From Chiloscyllium plagiosum (Eukaryota): DNA of 21,799 nt. Shown one piece after another: positions 20,843-21,799 of the stretch. Positions within the stretch are counted from its first letter, which is position 1. Every line of letters begins with the position of its first letter. The translations under genes and the position numbers were made by a program. The notes beneath the pieces were generated by a model. The model made no database searches. It had not been told where the DNA came from and saw only the letters and a program-made list of their open reading frames with translations. Location of the stretch: the NCBI RefSeq assembly GCF_004010195.1, contig NC_057718.1, positions 93,584,561 through 93,606,359 on the forward strand, written 5' to 3'.

Positions 20843-21522
20843 TTCAAATGTTTGGCAGTGCCAAGGGTTGAATCATAAAACTGCTTCGTTGGAAAATGTT
20901 TACCACAAGTCTGCGCTAAATGATTGAGAATAAAAAGATTCAATGTGTAAACAAAAAGAATGTCTTTTCAAATAGTGAGAGCAAGAGAATGAAAACAAAG
21001 GTGGCAGAAATTCAGCTGAAAAATTCAGGCGAAATTTTACTTATTGAGAGGAAAGAAATCTAAATATTTCACAATCACACATTGATTTGAGTGCCTTGAC
21101 ATCAGAATTACACACAACATTTCAAACTTATGTGGCCATTTTATTGTCTTTTTTTAGGGTCAGTTCTTGTGTTAACAGTGAAATCTGACATGTGGTGACA
21201 GTCATCAGAGATTGCAACCCTTGCTACTGTTGGGTCATTGAGGAATTGTCCAGAATTTATTATCAGGAAATTCTGGGGTGTCCAGAAATAAAAACGTCCG
21301 AGCAGACGATATAAACATTCTTTCTAAACTGAAACTTTAGCAGCAAATGGATTGGCTGTTCAAATTCAAAAAGTCTTGATCCAGAATATATCAGTGATCC
21401 CAATTCCCATTCAGTAGGTGTCTCTTATCAGGAGATGGACATCTTAAGTATTATTCCTCTCAAGGAGAAGGATGATTGTGTCATAAATGTACATCTTACT
21501 GACAGTAGTATATAAAATCAAC

Positions 21523-21799
21523 ATCTGGATTAGTGGTGCTGGAAGAGCACAGCAGTTCAGGCAGCATCCAAGGAGCTTCGAAATCGACGTTTCGGGCAAA
21601 AGCTCTTCATCAGGAATAAAGGCAGTGAGCCTGGAGCGTGAAGAGATAAACTAGAAGAGGGTGGGGGTGGGGAGAAAGTAGCATAGAGTTCAATGGGTGA
21701 GTGGGGGAGGGGATGAAGGTGATAGGTCAGGGAGGAGAGGGTGGAGTGGATAGGTGGAAAAGGAGATAGGCAGGTAGGACAAGTCTGGACAAGTCCTGG
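21523..21799 (-). mobile_element. Young Penelope-like element 3' pLTR, running off the window end
   Basis: gtggtgctggaagagcacagcagttcaggcagcatcc...tcgacgtttcgggcaaaagctcttcatcaggaat followed by a purine-rich tract; related to 17018-17209. Confidence 0.88.
21582..21617 (-). ncRNA. Minimal type I hammerhead ribozyme motif with intact catalytic core
   Basis: Minus strand ATTC-CTGATGA-A-GAGC-tttt-GCCC-GAAA-C-GTC-GATT: all conserved core nucleotides and a GUC triplet; one mismatch each in stems I and II. Confidence 0.72.

Overview
Vertebrate non-coding DNA, almost certainly from a shark (elasmobranch). The assignment rests on HE1-type V-SINEs with (CTAAT)n tails, their partner CR1/HER1-type LINE, SacSINE1/Deu-type SINEs and shark-type Penelope-like elements, all recognised from memory of the consensus sequences. 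I find no intact protein-coding gene, rRNA, true tRNA or CRISPR array. The ORF track is mostly spurious or consists of decayed CR1 ORF2 fragments. Much of the window is nested retroelement debris: CR1 and L2/CR1 LINE ends, three or more SINE families, a solo LTR with a 5-bp TSD, and several Penelope-like (PLE) pseudo-LTR fragments. The most interesting signal is five minimal hammerhead-ribozyme motifs (CUGANGA-[A]-stem II-GAAA-palindromic stem III-UH), plus remnants, in at least four PLE subfamilies with different stem II sequences; the copy near 21.6 kb has an intact core. Also notable are two independent insertions at nearly the same site of one SINE family, a PLE-derived foldback hairpin, paired inverted RUNX-like palindromes, and a ~3 kb transposon-free island (17.25-20.35 kb) with TALE/HOX-like motifs that may be regulatory. 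Repeat boundaries are approximate.
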